DNA of 60,967 nt, filler included, from Asterionella formosa (GCA_002256025.1; 14 parts of 14 records of this genome joined end to end with filler, not necessarily neighbours in it), one strand, 5' to 3'. Shown: positions 33,909 through 47,907, counted from the whole stretch's first letter. Notes: generated by a model from the sequence alone, not told the origin. A program made the numbers and translations.

Positions 33909-34936
33909 TTCCTTAACCAGTTTGAATTCGAAAATGATTACCATAACAAACATTGAGCAGCATCTGACAACAAATTTCGACTATCTAGCATTGCAAATTT
34001 CTTATCAAGGTTTGACATCTTCACCATCAGCTACTGAGATACTTGCAGTGAAGGCAAAAAGTGTCATCAAACCTACAGTTGAATTTGAATTGACAGCTAA
34101 ACCTGCATACAAGAATCATATTCCACAAACCACAGTTGGAATCATTACTGAAGCAATTGAATTAGCCAAAGTTGCAAATGTTGGTGATGCATACAATTCT
34201 ACATTGATGACAAACGGTATGCGTGATGTGTGTGGTGACATCATCATTCAATTGCATCAATGTATCATCTCTTACAAAAAACACATATCAGGCTATCAAG
34301 TTACAGGTGAGCAAGGAACAATATGTTCTAATTGTCTTGTCAAAAGTAAAAGATGTCGAATTGAATAGAGATAATTAAGATGAACGAAAAGGAGATATAT
34401 TTTATTATACACCTAATAGAATATAGAAAGAAATCCGAATCCCACTCAGGGGCTTTGAAAAATGCATACTGTGCCATTTCTACCTTTAAATAGCATTTTT
34501 GCTTAAAGTCATTCACTAAATCATTTTGGTAGTCTCAATACTCAAAAATCCTTCAGTATCAAATTTGCATTATTGTTAACAGTCATTGCATGCCAAGTCA
34601 TTCTACAGTCATCTACATTATTTTTGATTTCTTTATGATTTGATGCTAACTTTGATGATGTGCTTTTTCTCTCAAAAAATAGTTTTTCTGCTCCTTGTTT
34701 CGGGAGAGGAAATTAACAAATCAACTGCTCTAAGAAAGATTTTGTAATAGCAAGTATGCATGAGAAGAGAAGCGATCCTGGATTTCCTTGCAGGAATTGT
34801 CAATGACAACGGATGCTGCAATGATTTTTTGGTACTNNNNNNNNNNNNNNNNNNNNNNNNNNNNNNNNNNNNNNNNNNNNTTAATTAATTAANNNNNNNN
34901 NNNNNNNNNNNNNNNNNNNNNNNNNNNNNNNNNNNN

Positions 34937-37900
34937 GGGGGGGGGAGAATACTGAACCTAATGTTGTAAATAGCGCTCTCGCAGGGTGCCACATAAAATT
35001 GTGATCACAAAGCAATATCCAACACAACTTGTTGGATGGGAAAAACTAGACATATTCCAGACAAGGATTACCCACTCAAGGGTGACCAAAATGCATGCTG
35101 GTCCTACAGGAGGTACTAGTACCAGGCGCCTGCATGTCATAATACAAACCTCGCAGGGGCGGCGGACTACACCTAATGTTTTTTCCTGTTTAGCATGTGC
35201 CCGAGAAATCCTGAGGTATACCCAGAATTTACCAGTCCTGGTAACCATGCATGTCAGATGCCATCATGAAACGCTCATCCATTGCAACAATAACGACCGG
35301 TTCGCCCATTGTAGGATTCCAATATAACTAGCGTACAAGGATGCATCATCCTCGCTCAATAGGGGGCTGACATCAATCTCAGGATGGTGTCCAGCTGGTA
35401 GGGGTGAGGAGGCCTTTTGGCATAATTTTTCATCCCAAGCTTCCTCAATAGTTGGAATATCCTTGGTGAGATAATCCTCTGCTGACATGATCCTCTGCTG
35501 ACATGGACCATGCCAATGACCCTTCACCAAATTGATACTGGCCAACCAGTGCGCCTAGATAGCGACAAGGTGCGGTACCTGGATCTTCAACAACCGTAAG
35601 TGTAAAGTAAAAAGCTAATTCCTTGACTAACTCATCAGCTGCCGCTGAAATGAGCATTACATCGTCAACGTAGACCAATGCATATTCATAGTATGCTGAG
35701 CCATCCAGTTTTGTTGCTTTCCTCAACCACAGATCTGGATCAGCCTCACAAGCATAGAAATTCAAATGATCACGTAACACAGAAGCCAGATGTGCCCGGA
35801 AGGCGGCACCAGCAGACTTCAGACCATAAAGAGCACGAACAATCTTCAGCACACAACCTTTCAGCAGGCCAACCTCATCCCCTGCCACAACATCATAACG
35901 CTAGTATGTCACAGGGGCTGTCAAATAAGCATTCCTAATGTCTGTTAGCCGTAGATTTAATCCATTTAGACCAGCAACCAACAAGGCAATGCGAATTGTC
36001 TCCCTAGAAACAACACTTGAATATGTGATTGCCTTTGGGGATGACCTCCCGCCAAATACCTAGCCTTGCTTGTGAAGTCTATCTTGACATCCCAGATTAT
36101 ATGTCCCAGAATCTTCTTGTATCCAGGAACATAGGTTGCCTTTTCTGGCTGAACTTCAAAAGCTATCATCACTGCAGACATCTCCTTGCGGAGAGGATCC
36201 ATCCAAAGTGTATTACCATTTTCATGGTCCAACCTTGCTGCATCAGGAATGCTACTTGGCATTTAACCCCAAATTTAAAACCAGCTCGGTGGTGTCTACC
36301 CTAGTGTGTTGCCTTGATGATTCGTTTCTTGCGTTTTAAGACCATTGGAACCCACCAATCAAAGCCGTCTCGATTTCGATTTGGTTCGCTTTGGCATATT
36401 CAGCAACTTCAATCTGATTTTTTTCCCTCAGAGTCTTTAATGAGAACCAGGATGTAGATCCGTCCCTCCATTCGACTTCTAGATCCCAACCAGTTGTTGT
36501 TTTCTTCTTATAATGTTTCCCGTTTCGCTGGCAGTATTGATCACTCTTCTCCACAGCCTTCCTTGGATCACGGCAATGGTCCACAATTTCTTTGAAGAGT
36601 TGGTACTGTTTACCCTCCTTGTCTACCTTACTGAGAAGATGATGCTCTGCCAATACATTGTATGCGATTTGCTGTCGCTCACCATCTCAGAATTCGAGCT
36701 CATAAGCCCTGGAATCTAACCTCGGAAACCTGTGATTTCGCCCAACGAGGTTCCTGTTCGCATCCCGCTTTCGTTAGTGACCACCGCAATCATATCGCCC
36801 TCCTTGTGTGGAAGTATGACCTGAGCCTTAATCAGTGAATCAAAACTTGGACCATTAGGATCTTCTTCCAGATCTTCATCGCTCTGTAGGGAGAATGCCA
36901 TCAGGGGTAGCCTCGAAGATCTCTTCTTCAGGCTCATCTACCTCAGACTGGAGGATAGCATCATTATCATGAACCCCAACATGCTCCTTTTTTCTAGCCT
37001 CAAATTCCCTCATTTCATCTCTCAGCGTTGGATACTTTAAATAATCATCATCGACAATCAGCCTCATGGTCGACCGAGTGATGTACCGCCCATTCTCCTT
37101 TAGTACATAGTAACATAAAGCTTGCCCAACGCTCTTGGAGGGGCTGAGCCATCTCCCGAGTTTCCGTTGGGCCGGGCCACTCTCATCCATATCACAAACT
37201 GATAGAAATCGAAATCTGTATACTCCGAAATGTTGGGAGTCTCATCCGCCCCGTCATCACTTTGTATGGAGATCGACCCTCAAGTGCAGGTCTAAACATG
37301 AGATCACGGATGTTGGAGGTATATTCCGCTGCAAAACGCCATAGCATGTCTGGACATCTGTATCTTTTCATGATGCATCTTGAAATTTCCAATCTCGCTC
37401 TCAGCTCTGTTCATCCAGGGACTGTGAGGCTCTGTTGTTGTGCGAGGAACCAAGTGGGTCTTCCAGACTCTATCGAACTCTGTGAAGTCCCCCGTTTCCG
37501 CAGCTACATGGCATCCCCCACAGATCGCCCTTTAGTTGTGCCCTCTTTTTCCTCTTGATCAAGTAACGATGCAAGAGCGTCATCATCAAACTTGGTAAGA
37601 TTCACGAGGCCAAGGTTCCTACCTGCCTTTCGTTGCTGTCGAAGAAGCCATCGATGTAAAACCCTAATGCGTTGAATAACCAGGACCCGAAGTCCTGTCA
37701 ACCCTTCATAATGAAAGAGTTTTTCCAAAGCATATTTATCGAAAAAGCGTGCAAATGATTTTGCTGAGACCGCCCCATCTATCACGATGATATCAGCTTG
37801 TGTTGGGGTGAGTCCAAAGGGGATCAATTTCTCTTGAAATAGCGGCTCTGCCAACCCACCATTAAACTCAATGAACACTTGCGCTATGGCAAGTTGATCA

Positions 37901-38350
37901 CCAACTGAAGCGCCAAATGGATCGTCATCATCGTCGTCGCTTTCGTCGCCTTCACTATCGCCTAATGGATCGTCATCATCGTCGTCGCTTTCGTTGCCTC
38001 CACTATCGCCTGAGCTGTGACTCGTTGAGCTGCAATGACACGCTTCGAGACTCTACCATCCTGTCGAACCCTCTGCTTGGTTCTTGGTGACATGATAATG
38101 ACCTCAACACTCAACAACGATGCGCAAAAGCGTAATCCCAGAACGCCGAAACAAACGTTGCTCGCTGGCCAGCAGTTTTGCCTTCGAATATTACAACAAT
38201 CAACCGATGAAGGGAAGTGAAGAAGCTCATGGGTCTGATAAACCGACTAATTTTCCTATGATACAGGGGCGATGGGGAGAATACTGAACCTTATGTTGTA
38301 AATAGCGCTATCGAAGGGTGCCACATAAAATTGTGATCACAAAGCAATAT
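34937..38350 (-). mobile_element. Internally deleted diatom Copia LTR retrotransposon with remnants of both LTRs
   Basis: Direct repeats at 34942-35020 and 38274-38350. gag with a 48-bp acidic tandem repeat (37911-38012). Integrase tail GRSPYKVMTG and LGRWL. KKTTTGWDLEVEWRDGS. RT ALYGLKSAG and YVDD. No protease or RNase H seen. Confidence 0.9.
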
Positions 38351-39294
38351 ACGAAAGAATCCAGGCTGCGCCAGGAGTTTTGCCACATAGCAGGAGGGTC
38401 GACAAACACAAAAATTAGCATGGTGAAAAAGTAAGCAATCAATGCGGTCAACAGCCAATCACCCCCTACTGGCTCTTCAGCAGCTAGCTTAACATGTTTT
38501 TGTTGCATATCTAAATGCTTGTATGGCTTGTCAGCTCACGCATTGTTGTTGATAACAGGCAGGGACAATGAGGTCCGGAATGAAAGTTGTTCTGGTAAGA
38601 TTACTGCTCTATTTTGACGGCTATATGAGCAACAAGCTACTGATAACTCACAATGATCTTCCTCTACATTCAATTGACATTGCAGCAAACCCTTTCAATT
38701 CAGGAGCATTCGGATGAAATCCAGGATTGAGTATTGTTGCTTTCTGATTCTTTATTAATGTCATATGAGAACAGGGCTCCGTAAATCATGAGTTATTATT
38801 GTGCCTTGGCGTGCTGTTCGTCATGCTGCCAGCTGCTGCTGTATTTCTACTAAATTATTGAACAGTATCAGTGATACTGACGTTTTCACGCGGGTATCAT
38901 TTCCGTTGTCACTTATAAAATAACCGAAAATAAGCCTGCAAGGCAAGGCACCAGTGAAAATATAAATGGCATATACTATTCCTTCAATTTTATGCTGGCT
39001 GTGTACATCGTCCAAGCAACACCATTGATACAATTATACAGCACCAGACAGAAAGTTATACTTGGCGATCTTATAACTCCCAAGTGTTTTTGTGTATTTG
39101 TTACTACAGATCAGTCATTTGAATCTCCCTGAAGATACTACAAGCAAGGCAAATGGAACCGCATAGTATGGAACCAGTCAGACAAACGCAAACANNNNNN
39201 NNNNNNNNNNNNNNNNNNNNNNNNNNNNNNNNNNNNNNTTAATTAATTAANNNNNNNNNNNNNNNNNNNNNNNNNNNNNNNNNNNNNNNNNNNN

Positions 39295-41928
39295 TTGAAA
39301 TCCGAGCTCGCTGCAGAGACGGAAGGCCTGTTCTACCTCGGCGTCTTTGTTCAAACCAGCAGCAGCCAAAAAGAAGAGACCAAATGTGAACTCATCGGGG
39401 GATTTCTCCATCTTGATACGCTCAAATATCTTGACTGCGATCTGAAAGGCGTGTTCGCGCTTGCTTCGACCGAATGGATGAGACAAGGCACAAGCTTCCA
39501 ACACGCCGTTAAAAATACGTGTAGTAACCTTCATGTCCTGCTCTTCCATCTCTGCAAGCACATCCAATGCCATTTGAACCTTGTCTTCATGATTGCTTCG
39601 TGCAATGCAAAATAAAAATGTCTGGTAAATCTGTGTCGTAGGGCGACTGCTCTTGTCGCCAGCCTTCATCTCGTCCAAAACAACCCGCGCTCGTTCAACA
39701 GTATTGGGTAGGTTGCCTCGGTGCAATGCGTTCATAACGGCAGTGTACGTGGTTTTGTCAGGCTGGCACTTGGTACCGTTTTCTTTAAATTCCGTATTCA
39801 TTTCAAGCAAGCAAGCCTCGGCCTTCTGACCACACAGTGGGTCATTGCTTTTTGCCCAAGCCTGAATAATGATGTTATAGATGAATGTGTCCGGCTTCAA
39901 TTCAATCGCTTTCATCAATTCTAATATAGCAACAGCTTTGGATGGTGCATATGAATTCCTGCTTACGCTCCAGGCTTTAAGGACAATTCGAAAACAAACC
40001 ATGTTCGGCTTGACGGTGCTCTTCCCAGCTAAGAAATTGGTGCAGAGCTTCCGTAGAATAATATCTGCCTCTTGAGGCCGGAAGAATCGAGCGTAGCAAT
40101 CTAGGAGGGCTCCATATGCCTTGATCGAAGGCATTTCGCTTTCTCCTCCTTCTCTGGCTTCCTTATTCATTTTCTTCATTAATTCTTCTGCACGACCTAC
40201 AGCTTCGACTCGTCCCGACCGAGCCCATGTTGTCAACACAGTTGAATAGCAGTACATGTTGGGGTGAGTATCTAAGCCATCTTCCGAAGCCAATCGTTGC
40301 ATTTCTGCAAGCAATGCTTCCGCTCGATCCGGAGCGTCCTTGGCTCCACTTTTGGACCATGCATCTAAAACAATCGCATATGCCTGCACATGCGGCTTGA
40401 GTTGCATCTCGCCATTTCGATACATATTGTGCATTTGCTGGAGAGTCTGCTCTGCCTTAATTGCAGCTTCTCTTGATCGCGACTTTGCATAGCAGTCCAG
40501 CAACATGGTGTAACACCTAGCATCAGGTTTCTTTGTTTCGTCCCCTGACTTGTATTTGTCCAGAAGTCGTTCCATGAGTGCTTCGCCTCGTGCTGCGACA
40601 TCTCTTCCATCACTTTTAGCCCATGCATGCAAGACCGAAGAATATGTGACAGTCGAAGGCATGGCTTCTAAATTGTCCGTTTGTTTAGCATAGTCTTCCA
40701 TTTTGTACAAAAGCTCTTCAGCCTTGGTCGCAGAATCCTCCCCTTTGCTTCTGGCATATGCATCGATCAATGTGGTAAAATGAAATCTGTTTGGACGTAG
40801 TTCTGGATTCTTCGTTTCATTGTATGCATTTATGAGTTCCTGAAGAACTCCTTCTGCTTCTTTGGCTCTCCCTCGCTTCGCAAATGCCAAAAGAACAATG
40901 GCATAGGTATATCCCAGAATCGAAACATCAAAATCCTTTGCTTTCGCAAGATGCTGCATGTGTCGAAAAATCTGAAAAGACCGATCTGCGGCAACGGGGC
41001 TATCACTCTTGGCCCATACATTCAGTACCGCATTAAAAACCCGCTCATCGGGTGCTACTGATTCCTGCAATAGTTCTTCCGCTCGTTTGGGCGCATCCAC
41101 AAGTCCACTCTCGCCCCAGGCAGCAATGACAGATGCATAAGTAACTTTATTTGGCTGTACATCGGTCCACCCCTCGGCAGCCAATGTCTTCATTTGTTTC
41201 AGTAGCACTTCGGCTCGTAGATGAGCATCCGGTACCCCCGATTTGGCCAGAGCATTGATGGCCGTGTTGAAGTTGATAACATTCGGACGAGCATACGGAT
41301 TGTCGTGTCGATTGTCCATGAGGGTTTGAAGTATCTCTTCTCCCATGATGTGAGCGTCCTTTTCTCTCATTTTAATTGCTGCGTCCAGAATCATGTTGTA
41401 GCATCGATTGTCTGGGTACAAATCCGGAACCTTGGTGCGGTATCGGTCCAGCTTTTGTAGGGCTTCCCTGGCAGTCAATTGACAAGGAGCTTGGTACCAT
41501 GAATAAATGACCGATGCTAGATGGGAAATTTTGAGGCGGCTATCAGCGGTGTGCAATTCTCCTCCTCTTTCCTCCACCAACCGATCGAGAATGTCCCACG
41601 CTTCCTTAGAGCCAACAGGCGTGCGCTTAGAGGCGGCAATATTCAGTTCTCGGATCCCATGCTTCCATGAGTTTTCATTCAGACTTCCGACTGGTAGATC
41701 TAACACCGAGACTTCCCTTCTGACAAACTGCTGTTTGATAGGAGTCTCACCGACGCCCGCAGGCGTCGTTGTGTCCCGCGATGGTGGATCAGCCGATTCC
41801 CCTGGAACTTTGACTGGTGTTGGATAACCTCGTGTACCGGTAGGAGCGCGCACTGCTGTGGCTGCTCGTTGCAGCTGTGCCCTCCTGTTAGCCAAGAATA
41901 GCGCACTATGATGCAGTGATGCTATCAT
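39295..41928 (-). CDS. Pentatricopeptide repeat protein, probably organelle-targeted; 3' end cut by the contig edge
   Basis: More than 12 repeats such as PNVINFNTAINALAKSG, PNKVTYASVIAAW, PSTVTYSSVLHAWAKS. Ala/Arg-rich N-terminus. Confidence 0.93.
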
Positions 41929-42438
41929 TCAGTTGCATTCTTTAAGTTACTACCACAGATTGCCTTGTGAGCTTACAATATTTGCTACCTGATGGTAGCG
42001 CTATTTCCATAATTTGTGTTTTATCGATCATAACATGATCTTGCCATAATACCCACATGCCCGTAATCATCATCATTAGCGCCAGCGGCAGCATACAGAC
42101 ATACCGGTAGTACCACAAAGCATGTTAAAGGTTCCTGCATTTGAACCCCTAGGCAAAAATTGAAATATTGCTTAGGGTTGCCGAAATTCCCTGGAACTAA
42201 GAATTTTTATGAATGACGTGATTCCATTTGAAATATTTGAATCACTGGAAATTTGGGCGTACATACATAGATTCCTTTTCGAATTCAATAAATATATACA
42301 TAAACATTCTCCATCGCTCAATGTTTATATACCCTAGTATCATACAATCAACAAATATGTGTCAGACGAGCGAGCTGGCAGCATGGCAAATATTGTTGAT
42401 GACTACCAGTAAGAAACAAAAGAAAGCAACAATCAACC

Positions 42439-42969
42439 ATGAGCAACATTACACATCAAAATGATGACAATGGTAATGACGAATTTAACTACAGTCATAA
42501 TAGTTGTCCTACCTGCCAAGACCGGTTGATTGTAGAGTCATATGTGGAGGGATGTGAGGATCGCATCTTCAGCAAATGCTGCGATTTTTGCTGCCCAGAA
42601 TGTCAGTGCCGATGGGATAAAGTCGAAGAGTTGGTGGAGAAGTTTCTGGAAGGTGAATCCATTCTTACCAGGTTGCTTGAAGGATGAAGACATTCGGCAT
42701 CAAGAGCCCCTAATCTTCTGTACAAGTTTCTAATCAGAGTTCTCAGTGGTCGTCCATTGGGAAAAGGTGTTCGGATGCAGCTTCCTGACTGTTGTTTGGA
42801 GGGGGTTCGATCTCTTTTGAAGAACAAGGACCCAAACGAAGTGTACACTGGTTTCAAACCAACTTCCAAACGTTCAAAACGAATTGAATACTGCCTGCAC
42901 TGCCTCTATCACCAAACTGTCAACATCATCGTTAGATTCCTCCACGGAGTCCCATTTGTCTGCAAATAA
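42439..42969 (+). pseudogene. KolX-like (P2X7 ballast-like) Cys-rich protein with one in-frame TGA at 42685-42687
   Basis: CPTC, CCDFCCPECQC, then LY...GRPLGKGVRMQLPDCCLEGVRSLL...YTGFK. The two ORFs share a frame (offset 318 nt). Confidence 0.65.
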
Positions 42970-43651
42970 AAAGTATCATACACATAGGATCAAGGATATC
43001 GTACGCTAAGTGGCACAGGATTTTCGTATACATGATAATTTTTGGATCAAAAATATGATCAAGGTATCTTGTAACTATGATGATTTATTAAAATTTTACC
43101 AACCTTGAAGTATAATGATAATAAGAACATTATCATCACACAATGTATATAAACTGATCAACAACATTTCCCATCAATATCATAAACCTTCATATTATTT
43201 TCAATTCTCGTGATCGCCCGATGTAAATTATAACTACAACGTATCCTAAAACCAGCTCAACTCTATGCTATCATGTGGATTGTTTCATTGTAAATCTATC
43301 GTAAGCATGATCATAATTCTAATCACAAGCATTGTAAAAAATAGATTGAAATGGATCGTAATTTAACTATCAAATTAAGCAATGCTATCTATTAATCTAC
43401 ATGCCAGCGGCCCAACGTTTCTCTCTCTACTTGGCTCAATGTATATTGTTCCTGTCTCACCCTTTTCTTCCTCTTTTCTGAATCTTGTGCCAAGCAATGC
43501 CTTAATAATGCTGTGTCTCTCTCCCTGCTCCCCGGCTATTCCGTTTGATCGNNNNNNNNNNNNNNNNNNNNNNNNNNNNNNNNNNNNNNNNNNNNTTAAT
43601 TAATTAANNNNNNNNNNNNNNNNNNNNNNNNNNNNNNNNNNNNNNNNNNNN

Positions 43652-44340
43652 AGCTGTCCCAGTTGACGTTGGAATTTTGAAATCCAAAACAGGAGGTACT
43701 CGATATTCTCTTCTGATTGAAGAAGATGGAAATGGTGAATTTGAGATTGCCAGGGTTTCATTATCATCAAGTAGCATCTGCAAAACTGGGGTTGACCGAG
43801 ATCTGGTGCGAGTTCTAGGCGCCCAACTCCTTCCTTTCATTTTGTAAATGGAAATTGAAGTGATGTGCGACCACACTCGTAATGACAACGTAATATTTCA
43901 TGCCCATCCAAGCTACCGTGGGGGTCATTCCTGGTATGATTGGGCAGAGTTTGCTTGGTTAGATGGAGAAACAGAAGTCGAGACAATTGTGCTTGGCCAG
44001 ATCTACGGTTTTATTGAATTGGGATTGGGTCCGTCTTGGATCAATTTCACTGATCCAAGATTACCATCATCCTTGAGAAATCATAGCCCCGGTGTCTTTG
44101 CAGTTATTCACTCTTGTAAATATGCCTCAGAACCTTTGCACAACTACTCAAGGTTGCTGTTAGGGCTGATCTCACATTGGATCGACATGGAAATAAAGGA
44201 CTTTTGTTTGTTCCCGTGGATTGCATTCATTCTCCTGTTGTTGTGCGTTGTTCCTAATTTAGGAGCCACTCCAGGTTAGGTGATTCAAATCAAGCCGCAG
44301 TCTGCCTGGGCATCCCTATTCCATTTTCGATTTGCTGGAT
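43652..44340 (+). mobile_element. C-terminal part of a Plavaka-like transposase, degenerate
   Basis: FHAHPSYRGGHSWYDWAEFAW...LGQIYGFI. Confidence 0.65.
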
Positions 44341-44531
44341 GATGCGATTGCATAAAGCAATCTATGAAAGAAATGTTTAAAAAAGTTTGTAGTTAAAGAT
44401 GTGGAAACGATTAATATTACTACAAAACCAACAAACAAGGGAAGTAAGGTAACATACAATTATCAACTTTTATAGAAATCATTAATCTCCTTGATTCATT
44501 AGTAAGGTAGTAAGAGATGCTAAACATTCAC

Positions 44532-47500
44532 TCATTTACTCACAATGCAGATTCTAACTTCATTTTTTGCAAAGAAAGGTGGGACAGTAGGTTGGATTCG
44601 TTTGACAGATTTTTCAACAGATTTGAGAAATTCCAAAGAAGGACCATCCTGAGAGACATTGGAACTATCATAGTCTTGGCTTTGTGAATTCAGCTTGCTG
44701 GTGTGCTTTGTTGGAGGCACAGGTTTGGTTACCGGTTTGACATGATCCTTCTTCTGGAGAATAAGAAGTCTACCCTTCGTGACCTCATTATCCTTCTTGT
44801 CGACCGCAGGAACCTCCTTCACATTTGATTTCTGAACAGACTTGAGAAATTCCAAAGAAGGAACATCCTCAGAGAAAATGGAACTATCTTCATCGTCTTT
44901 GCCTTGCGGAATCACTCTGGAGGTATGCTGAATCACTCTGGTGATATGCTTGGTTGGAGGCAAAGGTTTCAGACCAGGTTGGACATGATCCTGCTGGAGG
45001 GAGATAGAATGTGGGAGCTTGATGATAGACCAGGTTTCACCTAAAGTTTCATCTGGGTTCCTATCTCGCTGGAGGGTAAGATGTGGACCCTTCTCGACCT
45101 GCTTATGATCCTTGCTGTTGACTCCAAGCAACTTCATATTCGATTTTTCAACAGACTTGAGAAATTCCAAAGAAGGACCAGCATCTGAGGCATCCTCTGA
45201 GGCGATGGAAATATCTTCTTCGTCTTTGCCTTGTCGATTAGCCTTGGTGGTGTGCGTTGTTAAGGGCACAGGTTTGAGTGCAGGGTCTAATACTGGAGGT
45301 GGTCAATGAACAAAAACCACAGTGGCATTGCCACTGTTTTCCTTACGCGCATTTTTCTCTGATTGAGCTGCTGATTCAAGAACTGAATCATGAGTATTTG
45401 AATCATAATTCTTGGTGCTCCGGTAAAATCTCAAGTAGACAGGATTTTTGACTGGACTAGGAATATTGTTAAGCAAAGGTGGTGGAGTTGGGACCACAGC
45501 TTCTTTGGCCTTTACAATGTTCTTTTCCTTGGAAGAAATCAAGGTTTCTTGCTCGATGTTTTTACGCCCCTCATTGTTAATGTTGGTCAAAGGTGGTTCA
45601 GGTAGGACCTGAACATCAACAATTCTCTTGGAGTCAAAACTGTTGGAAATGCCAAAATCAGGGTCTTGAAAACTGTGCATCCACTTTGCACTCTCTTCCA
45701 CACACTTGTTCCCAGTGAGAGGCGACTTGCTATTATTTTTCGTCAAATCTTCATTTGACAATGGGGACAACACTCGTTCCACATACTGCAAGCACTCCTG
45801 ACGAAATTGGTGGTAGGCTGCATCAGCCTGATAGAGCAAGCTTGAAATATTTGCTGTGTTAGTGACACCCTTGAAACTGCCTTGAGAGCTGAACCTTTGA
45901 GCAAGAGTTCCTGCTAGGTCAAATTGTTTCGACCTTATCCCATGGTGGGACAGGATAAGTTCCAGATTGATCACATTCTGGTTACTTTTGTCGAAATTGA
46001 CAACAGAAGGTAATTCAGGCTTGACACAATGGAGGAGGGCATTCTTTGAGACAGTTGCCTTTGACTCACTACTATCATCATCTGTTAGACTAATCACATC
46101 ATTGTCTTTGGAAGAAATTCGTGATTTCTTGGAAATAGAACTAGAAGGAGGCCAGGTAGTCTTCGATCGTTTCTTGATTATTGGCAGAGCAACTTGTTGG
46201 GACTCCGGTTTGGAGACCATTTTTCTGGAGGTGGCAGCTGATTTGGAATCCGTTTTCGATACTTTTTTGCTGGGAATCGCGGCTGGTTTGCAGTCCGATT
46301 CAGATTCTTCGTAAGGATTAGTTATAGGCATTGATGCGACATCTCGGCTCCTGGCTGTTGACTTCGCAGCGTTGTAAGCACCTGCCTTGGATGTGACGGC
46401 TTTGGTAGCACCATGCTAGGGAGTAGCCTTGGCAGAAGGCTTGAGTGCAACAGCTTTTGCAGCAACAGCTCTTGGAGGAGTACTAGGAGGAGCCTTTATC
46501 CTCGTCTTTGCAGCTTTCTATGGAACACTGTTCTGCAACACTCGGGATTGGGCCTGTATTGATCCTGTTGTAACTATAGAAGCAGCCTTCTGTAAAGTGC
46601 CTCTCTTCGCACGCTTTCCGAGCGCATAAGAAGGAGCTTCCAAGCGGGCATACTCTGACCTGATAGCTGCCTTCGCATTCATCACCTCTGTCAGGCGATG
46701 AATGCAAAAAAAGAAATGTGTGAATGAATAAATGAATATGAATACAGCATATATAGTAAACAAACATACATTTTGGTTGCTTGTACATGAAACCCCCTTT
46801 TGGAAGAAACATCGAGTACACATTGGCTTGCTCTTCCAATTGATGATCAAGAAGATCATAATGAGTGGCTGAAAGAAGACTCCCAGCTATATTTGTTCGC
46901 AAACACACGATAGGAAAGGTCTCGAAATTCGCTGGTTCTGGCATATCAGGTCCATAATTGTATGAATCAACATCGCTATTGTTCTTGTTCCTCTCATTAT
47001 GAAGAAGGTTTTCAAGAGGATGATTGATCCTGTCCATCCAAGGAATAGGATTGCAGTGTACAAATCCCAAGGATTTATACCACTCAACCGCATTGCCCAG
47101 CGCACCTGCGCAAAAACTGGTTGATGTTGGGAAGGACATCCTGGGTATGCACAGTTCCAGGCCTCCTCATCGATACGAAGACGAGTAGCAGCTTGGATCA
47201 GCAATTGACCCATTCCACGTTCTTTGCACTTGTGCAAATCATGGGTTGAGTTATGATTACTTGTCACCAGATAGTGAATACAAGCAATAGGAGTTGGAAA
47301 CTCTTCATGCTCCACAACAACCATAGCTATGGGCTTGAACTTCTTCTCTACATTCTCCCTCTCTTCAATGGTAATGACGAAGTTTCTTCTGGAGCTGATT
47401 TGCGTATAAAGCTTGGTTGGTAACAACAGAATTCCAATCGTTACCAAAAGATTTGGACAAGAAAGTCATAATCTCATTGATCTCCAAAGGGATTTTAGAG

Positions 47501-47907
47501 GTGGCGAAGGTGTCAAGGGGAATTTGGGTGATCCTAACTTTCCACTTGTACTGCCTATCATCAGCATTAGGGTCACATACATTGATGCAACCAATGTACA
47601 ATCTTCCTAAAGCCTCGAGACTTTTGCTCACATGAGTGAAAAAAGCAAGAAAAAAAAGCAGTGGATAATCCACATGAGTCCTGTATACCTCGCGGATCAG
47701 ACTCATAGACTCAGGACTGAAGGGGACCAACCAATAGCGTTGACGGAGAAAGGACTCATTCTCCTACGCGTTGATCAATTGAAGATAGAGTTTCTTCATG
47801 GACAATTCAGGATCTCTCTGGAAATCCTTGAACATGCCAATCTCAAGTAACTTGTCCATACTGTCGCAAGTACTCTTAAACTGGTCAGTAGTGAAAGGAA
47901 AACTGAA
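44532..47907 (-). pseudogene. Large disrupted ORF: GNAT-like domain, Cys/His finger, low-complexity region and three PSLEFLKSV repeats
   Basis: IHYLVT..ERGMGQLLIQAA and AVEWYKSLGF (GNAT motifs A and B). Removing an 84-nt GT-AG intron (46769-46686) gives KCDECEGSYQVRVC..LCARKACEERH..C. Several frameshifts and stops. Confidence 0.55.
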
